Under the pieces are notes generated by a model. The model was not told the DNA's origin. It ran no database searches and was given only the letters and a program-made list of their open reading frames with translations. Below, one piece after another: positions 41,556 to 53,000 of a stretch of DNA of 64,000 nucleotides; the first letter of the stretch is position 1, and the number at the start of each line of letters is the position of its first letter. The position numbers and the translations under genes are program-made. The stretch comes from Carpediemonas membranifera BICM (Eukaryota > Protista > Fornicata), in NCBI GenBank assembly GCA_019828565.1, contig JAHDYR010000007.1, forward strand, positions 506,373 to 570,372. Direction: 5' to 3'.

Positions 41556-42633
41556 TCTTGCTGGGCTCCTTGCCGTTGAAGAAGTCCTTGAGCAGCTGCT
41601 GCACCTTGGGGATGCGGGTCGACCCGCCGACGAGCACGATCTCGTGGATCTTGGTCTTGTCGAGCTTCGCGTCGGTGAGCACACGCTGGACGGGGTCGAT
41701 GCAGCCGCGGAAGAGGTCGCCGCAGAGGTCCTCGAAGCGGGCGCGCGTGATGTTCGTGAAGAAGTCGACGCCCTCGTAGAGCGAGTCGATCTCGATCGCG
41801 GCCTGGGTCGACGACGAGAGCGTGCGCTTGGCGCGCTCGCAGGCCGTGCGCAGACGGTGCATCGCGCGGGCGTTGCCGCTGATGTCCATCTTGTGCTTGC
41901 GCTTGAACTCGGTCACGAAGTGGTTGACCATGCGGTTGTCGAAGTCCTCGCCGCCGAGGTGCGTGTCGCCCGCGGTCGCCTTGACCTCGAAGATGCCCTC
42001 GTCGATGGTGAGCAGCGAGACGTCGAACGTGCCGCCGCCGAGGTCGAAGATCAGGACGTTCTTCTCCGCGGCCGACTTGTTGTCGAGCCCGTACGCGATC
42101 GCCGCGGCGGTCGGCTCGTTGATGATGCGGAGGACCTCGAGGCCCGCGATCTGGCCGGCGTCCTTCGTGGCCTGGCGCTGCGAGTCGTTGAAGTACGCGG
42201 GGACCGTGATGACGGCCTTGCTGACGGGCTTGCCGAGGTAGGCCTCGGCGGTCTCCTTCATCTTCTGCAGGACCATGCCCGAGATCTCCTCGACCTGGAA
42301 GGTGCGGGTCTCGCCCTTGTGCTGCACCTGGACGGCCGGCTTGTCGCCCGCGCCCGCGACGACCTTGAACGGCCAGTGGCCCATGTCGGCCCGGACCTCG
42401 CGGTCGTTGAAGCGGCGCCCGATGAGGCGCTTCGCGTCGAAGACTGTGTTGGTCGGGTTCATCGCCGTCTGGTTCTTCGCGGCCTCGCCGATGAGGCGCT
42501 CGTCCTCGTTGAAGGCGACGTATGAGGGTGTTGTGCGGTTGCCCTGGTCGTTGGCGATGATCTCGACGCGGTCGTTCATGAACACGCCAACGCAGGAGTA
42601 TGTGGTGCCTAAGTCGATTCCGATAGCAGTCAT
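40713..42633 (-). pseudogene. HSP70: HSP70 copy 3 with a 1-nt frameshift (or a sequencing error)
   Basis: CCC at 41363-41365 where copy 2 has CC; otherwise near-identical. Confidence 0.7.
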
Positions 42634-42995
42634 GTGCTTATCTAAGTCTGTGTGAGCGGTGTTGTGGGGAACGCACGTTGTTCACTGTTCTGCCATCCGG
42701 GGATCGATGCGATGAGCGGGCACGAAATCGATCTGATGATTGATCTGATGCCGGCCGGCCCCAACGAGGCAGCCGAGCACGTACACACACCGACCCACGG
42801 TGGCCGCGAATGTGGCCGCGCCGAGACGAGTTATCTGCCCTTTTCACCTTCGACCACCAGAGATCGTCACCCCCGCCGCTCAATGGCTCCACAGCAGCAC
42901 AGACACGTCCCACCGCAGCATCCATTTATCATGACTCTTCAGACCACAAGTCACGTGTTTCAGCCACACCTGCCAGACGGGTAAAACTGCACTGC

Positions 42996-43627
42996 CTACT
43001 CCAGTCCCGAAAAGTACTTGGCCCAGTCGAAGTTTCGCCCAGTCCACTCCTTGCTAACGATGAACTCGTGCAGGGTCTTATGCATGTCCGTGGGCCGAGA
43101 GAACTTGATCGCCGAGTCGGGAGTGTTGGGGGACTTGGCCGACTTCATCGCACAGTCCCTGGCCGCCTTGATAAACTCCTCACGAGACTCTTTGAGCTGT
43201 GCGTAGGCCTCTTGGTTGACGATTCGCACGTCTCCCTCCTCGATACCTTCCTGCGGGAAGCCTAGCATGATCTTAATATACGCCAACGCGTCGGTGATTC
43301 GCACGTCATACGTGTCAAACGCACCAGAGATGTCTACGGCGCCAGAGTCCGGGTGGACGAAGGGGTGCAGCACGGGCGAGATGAAGTGGAAACGAGGGAG
43401 CTCCTCGGGGAACTTAGCGGGGAATTCGATGCTGAAGTGGAATATTGCGCCTTGATAGATGCTCTCACGGACGAATATGACTCCAAACCACCGATCTAAT
43501 GCTTTGGCATCCGGCGTGACGATGAATCCACTCGGAGAGTTGTGTGGCAGGAGTTTCCTGGGGAAAAGGGGTGTTTAGGGACATACAATTGCCGCTCAAG
43601 CTCATATAGCAACTTCAAAGACTTCAT
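42996..43627 (-). CDS. AKTIP: AKTIP/Fused-toes-like E2 variant lacking the catalytic Cys; exons 43627-43587 and 43557-42996
   Basis: WFGVIFVRESIYQGAIFHFSIEFP..FP...P...F.SPVLHPFVHPDSGAVDI after removing a 29-nt intron. Confidence 0.8.
43558..43586 (-). other. Spliceosomal intron, 29 nt
   Basis: GTATGT...TTTCCCCAG; restores the frame; lacks the -6 A seen in the other introns. Confidence 0.78.
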
Positions 43628-43750
43628 CGACGGAGATATGCCGAAGGGCGACGAATGAACAAATGTCCACGCTCGACTCTGGATTCTGCATGCCTGCCTG
43701 GATACGCGTGTGGCAGCAGTCGTATGCTTGTACCACAGTTGCGGCTGTCG

Positions 43751-44033
43751 AGACGAGCACAGACGCGAAAGAAGACAGCAACGTTCGACACAGACGATGG
43801 ACGACAGACGACGCATCTTTTCGTGCAGACCGACGACTGAAAGCACGAAAGCCCGATGGTACAGACGAGGGCTGAAGTGGGTGAGTGGAGGTAGTGTGCC
43901 GCGCAGGATTAGAATTGTTGAGTCTTAAGGTGGGCAGTCAGGCTGAACCTGTTTAGTCCCCTGGAGTTCATCCCGGGGGGGGGGTTGACAGCCTAAGCCT
44001 TCTTCACATGAACCCCCAGTAAACATCTCTAAA
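43751..44033. repeat. 283-bp inverted copy of 36269-36551
   Basis: Apparently identical reverse complement, including the G10/C10 run. Confidence 0.95.
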
Positions 44034-44186
44034 CGCTACACTCGTAGTGACATAAAGTGCACGAATACTTCTGAACTGTCTCACATTTAGCAAACAACAG
44101 CGCCAACGCCCAGACTTTTATACACACGTAAGCTGGATCGCGCCTCGCTGATCATGCTCATCGGTGTAGTCAACATCTGCCAGCAC

Positions 44187-45095
44187 TCAGACGCACGCAC
44201 CGTCCTCCAGCACGCACCGCATCCAGACTCTGGTGTCGACGAGCACGTCGCCCTCGCGGACCTTGCGCCGTGTACTGTCCGGGTATGCCCAGGAGGACTT
44301 GCCGAACAGCGTGCGGCATGGCTCGAACGCGAATATGTACCGCCCGTCACTGAGGCCCGTGACTGTCTTGTTGAGCGTCGCACTCTCACCGATGCAGCCG
44401 TCAAATGAGGCAAAGTCCTCGAGGCGGCGGTCCTGGACAACCATGAATGCTGAAGTCTCGTCTAGCTTCACGTTGGCGAGTCTACCGGCAAACAGCGAGG
44501 CAAGCCAGGTCCACTGCGAGATCGTGTCCCGGACGAAGCCAAGGTGGTACATCGTGAAGACGGCGCCGTCGTCCGCTAGGTCCCAGAACTTGGCCAGGCC
44601 GTCCGAGCTCGTGGCGGAGACTTCTAGGCCGTTGCTCGTCTTCGTGGCTGTCATGGTGTATTTCGTGGAAGCAACCTGGTTGAGATCGGCAACTTGGTAG
44701 CGATGGGGAAGGACTGAAGTCACAAGCGCAAGCAGGAGGAAGCAGATGATAATACCGGCGCTAGCAAGGGCCTTGCTTGTGTATGCCTTGCTGAGAATGT
44801 ATGAAGGGCAGATCAGGATGCTCATGGCGAACAGGATGGAGAGGGTAGTGTACAGAATGATGGAAACGATGATGATGGCGTCAAACTTTGAGTTCACTTC
44901 GACGTCGCAGTCGTTGGAGAGGCATATGCTGATTGGGCCAGAAAAAGAGTAAAGGATGATAAAAAGGAGGTAAAGCGCGATGGATAAGAGCACATTGAAG
45001 AATATAAAGGCGTCTGCAAGCTTGTGATACTGCAACCTGGCGAAAGTGGCCGCAAACATTAGCTTCTTGCACTTGTCAGAGTCGGGCCAAGTCAT
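44187..45095 (-). CDS. Hypothetical membrane protein (about 3 TM)
   Basis: Three hydrophobic segments then a soluble domain; first ATG at 45095. Confidence 0.7.
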   Translation of the reverse strand: MTWPDSDKCKKLMFAATFARLQYHKLADAFIFFNVLLSIALYLLFIILYSFSGPISICLSNDCDVEVNSKFDAIIIVSIILYTTLSILFAMSILICPSYILSKAYTSKALASAGIIICFLLLALVTSVLPHRYQVADLNQVASTKYTMTATKTSNGLEVSATSSDGLAKFWDLADDGAVFTMYHLGFVRDTISQWTWLASLFAGRLANVKLDETSAFMVVQDRRLEDFASFDGCIGESATLNKTVTGLSDGRYIFAFEPCRTLFGKSSWAYPDSTRRKVREGDVLVDTRVWMRCVLEDGACV

Positions 45096-45355
45096 CCCGA
45101 CTGAGCCATGCCATGGCTGCGGCCACACACCGTGCTTCGTGCATCACAGCCTCACACCCCTTTCTGAGAGCATCACTTTGATACCGGGGTCACGATGGAC
45201 GACTCCGCCTCAACCTGGAAGAAAGATCGAGAACACATCACCAGTAGGTATATAGGCATGATAGGCCATGCTTATGGGTAGATAGGGCCTGGTTCGGCGG
45301 AGATCGTCGGTGCAGGGAAAGGCAGAGTGAACGGCAAACGCCGCAATCTCACCTA

Positions 45356-48115
45356 ATGCCCCGAACACACCGAACAGTGATCCTACGGCCATTGAACAGC
45401 GAGGAACGCTACATGCAGCTCGATTCTGTATGGGAACGGCCTTCATCTAGACAAATTCAACTTGTTTCGCAGGAAGAGCGCTCACAGGTCTTCTCCTGCG
45501 ACCAGATCGTGGATAACACCGTCATAAGCCCTCGTGGACGCAGCAAGCGGACCTCGTATGAGATTTCAGCGCTTGCTAACAGTATTGTAACGTCGGCCAT
45601 GGCGAGCTCGATTCACGCCGTCATAGCCGTCGGTAGCCTCGGTGGCGGCTCGTCCTACACGCTCTGGGGCGACAAGATGCCTGGCCTAGCCGAGGAAGTC
45701 GCCAAGAACATCCGGCGGACACGCCCGCAGGCCGAGCTCGCGGCTTCGTTCATCCACGTGACTTCGGACGGCGTTCGCGACATCACGACGCACTACGACG
45801 ACATGGACGCCCGCATGGATCGTGCCCCCACGTCCTATCAGGAGTGCGGTCTTGTTATCAATGGCGTATGCCGCTTTCCTATCAGAACTGATTCGGAGCT
45901 CCACCATTTGATTGGACTCCGCCTACCCACCTGGTTGACGCACTCGAACAGCATCGTGGTCTCCTCGGGCGACGAGGCGACCATCCTTGTCCTCTACGTC
46001 ACGGTCCAGCCCCCCTCGGGCACCTACCAGACCCACACAATCCTATTCGCAGATATCGGCGATTTATCGAAGGCCGCCACGCCCGCGGACAGGGCTGCAG
46101 TCAACCTCCCCGCCGTGGCGGCCATTGCCCGGCTGCTCGACTCCCTGGATGGCACTGAGGCCGTCGACCCGCTGTTACTCGCCGACCGCGGCTTCCTCCC
46201 CGTCCTGCTCAAGCCATTTATATTCGGCAAGGGGTCGAGTCACATAATCACATGTATAGGCCCCACTGCACGCGACTCAGCCAGTGCCCTGACCGCGCTC
46301 GAGCTCATGACGAAGTGGAGCGCCGCGAGCTCGGCCCCCGTGACCATGCCAGTCGCCCAGTCCGACCCGCCCATGGTTACGTTCGCAGCCCTGCTCCATA
46401 AGCAGTACAAGAGGGCGCAGGACGAACTCAAGTCAGTGCGGACGTCGACCTCCTTGGCCGACCCCCATCTTTACAAGAAGCAGCTTGAGCTGACCCAGCT
46501 GCAGGCCACCATTGACGCGTGCGAGCGTGCCATGACTGTTGCTCGAATGTCGGACAGCTCCACTGAGCTCCACGCCCTGTTCGCCTGGACCAAGGCCACG
46601 CTCTCGGCCGCCCAGCTGCACCGGACTCCGGTCAGGCCGTGTCTCCGCGTGCTCCACCCCAACCCGAGCGTGTCGTCCGTCTATTACATGCACATCACCA
46701 ACGCGACGTCCACGGCGCGCAAGATCCTGGTCGGCCGGCCCGAGCACACGACACCCGAGGGAACGCCCAGAGCGGAGACGACTCGCGCGGAGACGACCCG
46801 TAGCCCGGCGACACCCCCAGCGTCAGAAGCTGGCGACGAGGGGCCGACGACGGCGCTGTGGGGCCGGGACATCAGCTTCAACCACCTCGTCCTCCTCTAC
46901 TGCAAGGACGACAGCGGCTCCATCTTCCTCGCCGTCTCTCCCGGCGGCAAGGGCGCGGTATCCATCAACGGGCTCGCTACAGAGATCCCCCAGGCGACAG
47001 AGAACAACGACCGCATCCTGCTTGGCAACGAGCTGGCCTTCGAGGTGCTGCTCACCGCTGCTGCCAAGCCCCGTGTGGCGTGGGACTTGTGCCTCCTCGA
47101 GAAACACGTCGCCTCCATGGTGACGATGTCCGACATCGGGTCCGTCACATACAAGCCGCTACACGCGACATTCAACGCCTTTAACCAGTGGTTGGGTGAC
47201 CCATCATCTGCCGCAAAGACTTATGAGTATCTCCGGTCGATCAGGACCGTCAACCCGGCCAAGTTCGGGGGTGCCCTCGGTATTATCACGCGATGCACCA
47301 ACGCATCGGTCCTCGCCGAGTCGGCCAACAAGGTGTGCAACAACACCGTCATTCCCGTGATCATCCGCGACCTCAAGCTTGAGGAGGCGAGGGTCGACCC
47401 GACCTTCAAGTTCCTGCAGACCACCCCGTTCCACGTGCACCGCGTCGTCTCGGCCGATGAACTCCGGATCATGATCACACGCAGGGCGACATATGACCCC
47501 GTGCAGTTTATTTCTGATCGGGGTTTGATTGGCATTGCTCGACTCAGCCTGGCTCGACTCATGGACACGATCGAGTTTTCCCTCGCCATCAGGCCGCCCT
47601 GTACGAAGGCCCGCGATGTGCCTGACAGGCCCCTGGGCCGGCTGAGGGTGGTCTATCGCCCGACCCAGCCAGAGGGGGTGATCAGACGCACCGTCCGTGA
47701 CCCCGATGAGGTGAACGACGACGACGACGGGTCAGACGACGGCTTTGACGACCTGCCTGAGGACGCCGGCCTCCGCTTTGACCTTGTCATTGAGAAGATC
47801 AACTGGCCCAGCCCCGTGTGGGGCGACGTGTCTGTCGTCTTTTCCCTCTTCGACGAGCGGGTACTGGCCACTACCATATGCCCCACGGTCACCACCGTAC
47901 AGGACTTCAGGGAGCGCTTCTCCTTCAGCGTCCCCTGCATGACCAGCAAGATCAGGGACGCCATCCAACGCCACACATTCATCATCGAGGTGTGGGGCCG
48001 TCATCTGCCGTCGTTGTACCACAGCTTGTCCGGGCTCACCGTCGAGCGGGAGACGCAGCAGCTCAACATCGAAGCCGTCAACTTCATGGCAAGTCACGCT
48101 GGAGTCGATCTGTAG
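45356..48115 (+). CDS. Divergent kinesin-3-like protein (degenerate motor, coiled coil, FHA-like, C2-like)
   Basis: HRTVILRPL, FSCD, AVGSLGGGSSYTLWG, FADIG, LLKPFIFG..SHIITCIGP; FHA-like ILVGR...ISFNH...SING...DRILLG. Confidence 0.7.
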   Translation: MPRTHRTVILRPLNSEERYMQLDSVWERPSSRQIQLVSQEERSQVFSCDQIVDNTVISPRGRSKRTSYEISALANSIVTSAMASSIHAVIAVGSLGGGSSYTLWGDKMPGLAEEVAKNIRRTRPQAELAASFIHVTSDGVRDITTHYDDMDARMDRAPTSYQECGLVINGVCRFPIRTDSELHHLIGLRLPTWLTHSNSIVVSSGDEATILVLYVTVQPPSGTYQTHTILFADIGDLSKAATPADRAAVNLPAVAAIARLLDSLDGTEAVDPLLLADRGFLPVLLKPFIFGKGSSHIITCIGPTARDSASALTALELMTKWSAASSAPVTMPVAQSDPPMVTFAALLHKQYKRAQDELKSVRTSTSLADPHLYKKQLELTQLQATIDACERAMTVARMSDSSTELHALFAWTKATLSAAQLHRTPVRPCLRVLHPNPSVSSVYYMHITNATSTARKILVGRPEHTTPEGTPRAETTRAETTRSPATPPASEAGDEGPTTALWGRDISFNHLVLLYCKDDSGSIFLAVSPGGKGAVSINGLATEIPQATENNDRILLGNELAFEVLLTAAAKPRVAWDLCLLEKHVASMVTMSDIGSVTYKPLHATFNAFNQWLGDPSSAAKTYEYLRSIRTVNPAKFGGALGIITRCTNASVLAESANKVCNNTVIPVIIRDLKLEEARVDPTFKFLQTTPFHVHRVVSADELRIMITRRATYDPVQFISDRGLIGIARLSLARLMDTIEFSLAIRPPCTKARDVPDRPLGRLRVVYRPTQPEGVIRRTVRDPDEVNDDDDGSDDGFDDLPEDAGLRFDLVIEKINWPSPVWGDVSVVFSLFDERVLATTICPTVTTVQDFRERFSFSVPCMTSKIRDAIQRHTFIIEVWGRHLPSLYHSLSGLTVERETQQLNIEAVNFMASHAGVDL

Positions 48116-48428
48116 ATATGAAACAATATGATATTCATAGGATAAAGCAGCGTTGCTGGGTTGGGAGACGAGGATGGTGAGGCGAAAGCACGCGACACCT
48201 GACCAGTCGGTCCAGAAGTCGGGGGAGTGCCCGAGAGCTGAGCTATTCACGTCAGACACGGAATAGAAGGATGGTGCTGAGGGACTAGCCAACCAGCAGG
48301 GCGGCATCCCGCCCGGCCGGCGTTGGAACAACAAGCGAGAGAAAAACAAGCGTTGGGACATCATTGACTCACCCCAGCTACCATCAGAAGAACACATCCA
48401 GGAACGCCCCAGCATCTTTACGATACCT

Positions 48429-49691
48429 TTACAGCACATCGTCCCGTCCAAGGCAGTTCTCCGTCTGCATCAACACCGTCTCTACGCTGCCGATCGAGTC
48501 AGCCACCCGCTTGAACATCGGCGCGTACACGGCCTCCAGCTTCTCGATGTACTTGACGCGGTCGCTCTTCTCGAGCAGACTGAGGTCCTCAAAGTTCTCG
48601 GCATACAGCAGCTTACGGACCGCCAGGTTCCACTCCTTGCGGTTCTTGTCTGTATCCAAGTACGCCCAGCAGCAGATCAGCACGCGGGACAGCTCGAACG
48701 GCTCGATCTTGAGCTTCCAGGCGAGGGAGTCGACCCGCTCCTTGAGGTAGAGGGCCCGCACGTCGTCCAGCCGGGAGATCGTCTCCGTCTCCAGGAGAAT
48801 GATCACATCGGCGAGGAGGCGGACCGCCTGCAGACTCTCGGCCGGCTCGTTGAAGGTATAGAGTCCAACGGGGAGTTTCAGGTGGCTCCCAACCTGTCTG
48901 CAGCTCACCACCATCCGGGTGGCCAGCCCCATGCGTCTGTACGGCGGCAGCACGAGCAGCTGGCACAGCTTAAGGGCCCGGGTCGAGGGGTGGCAGTAGT
49001 CTTCCCACAAACACGAGTACGCCGCCAGCACGGGGCCGGTGGGGCGTCTCTCGAAGAGGAAGAGGAGATTCCAGTACTCCACGGCGTCTATGGGGTTGCC
49101 GCCGTCGATGAACATCTTGACTAGGATGTCAAGGCGACGGACAAGCTTGGCTGCGCGGTCGTCGGCGAAGCGGGCGTGGTAGAGCTCGAAGGACCTACCC
49201 TGCACCTTAAAACGCGTCACCAGCTTGCCGGGAGGTGTGTATGTCTTGTCGCTTGCAACAGCGGCGGTCCAGGCCTCCATGGACTCGGCCTTGTCGGTCA
49301 GGGAGGGCTCGACAGCCTCTTTGGGGTCCGTGCGGAGGGCGTCGGACAGATCCACGTCCATCGTATCCTCCTTGGCGCGTTTGCTGAATATGGTGGCGAG
49401 GAAGCGGCGGGCCCCCTTCCGCTCGGGCGTCGTTGTGGTGACAGTCATTTGCGCCAATCCTTCATGGTTGAATGTGTAGTATGGAACGAGAGAAGCAGGC
49501 GAGAAGAACATCTTGATATGTGGGTTCTTGTAACCGATGATGCGCTCGTTGACGAAGAGCTGGTGTGTGAGTTCAGGATGAATGGGTCCGCCGATGCGGC
49601 CAGGAGCCTTGTTGTCGTCGTCGTACTGGGCCATGTGAAGTGTAATGGCTTCAGTACTATCAGCTGATGCTTCGCGAAGCTGTTCTTCCAT
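48429..49691 (-). CDS. HAT1: Histone acetyltransferase type B catalytic subunit
   Basis: PELTHQLF..ERIIGYK, MFIDGG, acetyl-CoA motif QLLVLPPYRRMGLA. Confidence 0.85.
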   Translation of the reverse strand: MEEQLREASADSTEAITLHMAQYDDDNKAPGRIGGPIHPELTHQLFVNERIIGYKNPHIKMFFSPASLVPYYTFNHEGLAQMTVTTTTPERKGARRFLATIFSKRAKEDTMDVDLSDALRTDPKEAVEPSLTDKAESMEAWTAAVASDKTYTPPGKLVTRFKVQGRSFELYHARFADDRAAKLVRRLDILVKMFIDGGNPIDAVEYWNLLFLFERRPTGPVLAAYSCLWEDYCHPSTRALKLCQLLVLPPYRRMGLATRMVVSCRQVGSHLKLPVGLYTFNEPAESLQAVRLLADVIILLETETISRLDDVRALYLKERVDSLAWKLKIEPFELSRVLICCWAYLDTDKNRKEWNLAVRKLLYAENFEDLSLLEKSDRVKYIEKLEAVYAPMFKRVADSIGSVETVLMQTENCLGRDDVL

Positions 49692-50049
49692 TGGTGCGTC
49701 TGTTTGGGTTTCAGACGCCAAGTGCGCGATAAGGCGCACTTTTGCCCGAGCACGATTGAGGACAATCAGCCCCGGGAATGGGTCATAGTCTGCATGTTAT
49801 AGTGATATAGTCATCGTATGCCGTTGATCAGGTCATAATCTCCAAGTATTTTGATTGGATCCATCGGGGGCGAACCAACCCCCCAGAAAACCGCCGCATA
49901 CTTCTCCAACTAATGGGCGTTGGTCGCGCCACCTTTTTCTTAACTGTCGATATAGATTCGATATCGATCTGTTGATTCCATCCAATTTTTAAACTTTTCA
50001 CTTGGAACGTGGGACGCCAAACAAGTCTTTTGTCCGCTCGCATCGAAGA

Positions 50050-53000
50050 ATGGGCAAGGAAACAGTTCGAAGCGCATCCGTAGCGGATAGTCGCGCATCT
50101 ACATCTCGTAGAATTGGCTTCCTCAGTCCTCTGAAGCTAACATCCATACAGGAGCGCATCCCAGCCATATGTGGCTCCATACGCCTCAGTACTGGCGACT
50201 ATACTCCTCTACTAGTGCTTTCCATTCTTATTCAGGCGTTCCAGCTGTCCAGTCTCGCCGTTGCTTTCAACGACAGCATTTTCTTCACGATTACCCGCGT
50301 TCTCCTCCCCTCCATCTTCGGTCTCTTCGCCGATAACACCGCGGCACAGGTTATTGTTGTCGTCGCTGCCATCTGCGTGCTCGGCCTCATGGTGTGGCTC
50401 GCATGCGAGGCCGTAGTCGTAAGAACCATCCGCCAGGGCCTGCACTACCGCCTCCTGGCGTACGCCATGCTCCTCGTGTCCAGCGTGTTACTTGTGCCCC
50501 TCATCCAGGCTCTCTCGCTGCCTCTTTTCATCGCACAAGACGATGGCACCAACGACGACGTCTCTGGCATCCTCTCCGCCGTAGACGCACTCTCCGTGAC
50601 ACACCTGGCCTACTTCGCCGCATCAACCGCCGCGCTGGTCATTCTAGCGGCCATGGCGATGGTCTCGAGCATCGTCTTCTTCAGCGGCCCTTATTCGGAC
50701 AGCTCCATCCTGACTGTGCTCGTCCCCTCCGCCGCCGTGTTCGTCCAGCCCGCCCTCACTGTCATACTCGGTGTGGTAGCCGCAACCCGCTGCTTCGGGC
50801 TCGACTCCCTCAACCTGTACGCCTCAGCGGGGTCGGTCTCCATCGTCGCAGCCGTGTTCGCGGCGTACGCGTACGTCTGCCCCATCCACGCCCACCCCTC
50901 GATGTATCTGCTCAACGTCGGCTCGTACCTCAACGTCGCGGTCGTCTCCCTCGCCACGGTCTACCACCCCGGGATGTTCTGGCTCAGTCCAGCTGTTACC
51001 CTCATGCTCGTCGTAGTCCTCGGCGGCCTCAGGTACGCCTTCATTTACATCCGACTCAACCCCGCGCTGAAGACGGCCCGGGACCCTCTGGCGAGTGCCG
51101 TAGACATGGACGAGTTCGGCCTCGACGCTGACCCCAGACTCCCCCGGATCAGCCGGACCAGCTTCACCCAGTTCGTGTGGCTCGTGGTGATCCGGTACCA
51201 GCTGTTCAACGCCCAGCTGCGGCGCCAGTCCGACAGGCGGGAGATGCTGGCCGCCGCGATGCAGCAGGACGACCTGGCATCCCGTCAGCGGGAGATGATC
51301 GGCCGTCTCCAGTCTCTGGTGTCGTTCGCCTGTGCGGAGAAGTACACGAGCGGCCGTGCACGGCTCACGGTCGTCCAGTACTCTCTCACTGTCGCGGCAA
51401 ACTACGAGGCGGCCATCTTCGAGGCTGCCCGCGTCCCGGCGATGGTCGAGCGGGACATCATCAAGCACCTTGGTATCTCCACGATCATGATGCTGGTCGG
51501 GCTCCACACGGACGCTGATAGGATCAGACGCAAGCAGGACAGTGGCCTCAACGCAGAGGCCCTGGCAGACTTGAACCACAAGCAGAAGAAGGCCAAGGAG
51601 GAGTCCGTCAACGCACGCCGCGCCATCAACTCCTTCTGGCGTGCCCTCGACCAGGGCAAGCCCGACGTCAACGAGCTGCTCGCCATCTCGCAGGAGATCC
51701 ACAAGCACAGCACTAGCGCGGACAAGCTCTACATCCAACTCATCAAGGCCTTCCCCGAGCGAGATAACATCATCCGGGCCTACGCCCAGTTCGTCACCGT
51801 CGTCCAGCAGGACCCCGAGTACGGCGCCCAAATAGATCTCTGCGCCGAGGAGATCGCCAACCAGCGCCTGATGAGCGACGTCTCCTCCTCGGCCTCGTCC
51901 TCCAGGTCCGGTTCGCAAGTTAGCGCCGGCACACGGACGTACGAGAACGACATCCTGACCGTCCTCCGCACCCACACGAGCACCGCGACGTCCAGCTCCG
52001 TGGCCAACCTCAGAAAGGCTGTGCTCGCGCTCATCGCCATCATCACGGCCATCTTCGTGATCGTGGGGACCGTGTTCCAGGTCAGGATGTTCGTCATGTC
52101 CGCCCTGGTCGACGCACTCTCCGCGTCGGGCACCATGAGCTACAGCACGAGCCAGGCGACGTTCCTTGCGCTGCTGTCGTACCTGGAGCAGACCCACCCC
52201 GGCAAGTTCACACGGGGCGTGCTGGAGTCCGAAGGCATCATCAAGTCCCAGCTCGAGCTCTCCATCGACGAGCTGGTGGACTCCTCGCACTCGCTGGACG
52301 ACGCGGTCTCTTCCATCGTCACGTCGACCCTGTTCCCAGACATCTTCTCACACGCGAGGGAGCCCTCCTTCCTGGCCCGGTACTACCTCGACACAACCCC
52401 CGCTACGACGGAGAGCGTCGACGTCTCCATCGTCAGCATGGTCGCGTCCCTCGGCGTGGCGTTCAGACGTATCGTCGATGAGGCGGAGCTGGACGTCGAC
52501 GTGGCCTTCATCCAGACTAACGGCCTTGAGTCGCTAAGAAACGGCATAGACATCCTCCAGGAGAAGATCGTCGAGTCGACCGAGACGGCGGAGTACATCG
52601 GCGCGGCCGTGGACATCGTTGCCGTCCTCTTAGTCGTTGGCGTCCTCTTTGGGCTGCAGTTCTTCCTGCTCCGCCGCGCGTTCAACAATGTGACGCTGCA
52701 CCAGGCAGAGAACATCAACGTCTTCCTCCACATCGATAGGGCCATCGTCCAGGATATGATCAAGACGACAAACGTCGCCAAGAAGGAGAGAAGGAAGAAG
52801 CGCAAGTCCGCCAACACCAAGCGCGCCATCACGTTCGAGCCTCGCATCGAGGCGGACGATGACGAGGAAGACGACGCGCGCCAGTCGGATCAGGATGACA
52901 ACGACGTGAACCTGCAGAGCATTCACTCGATCCACGAGGACGACAACGAGGAGGGGCCAGTGAGCGACACCGAGGGCGACGACGCCTTCAAGGAGGGTGA

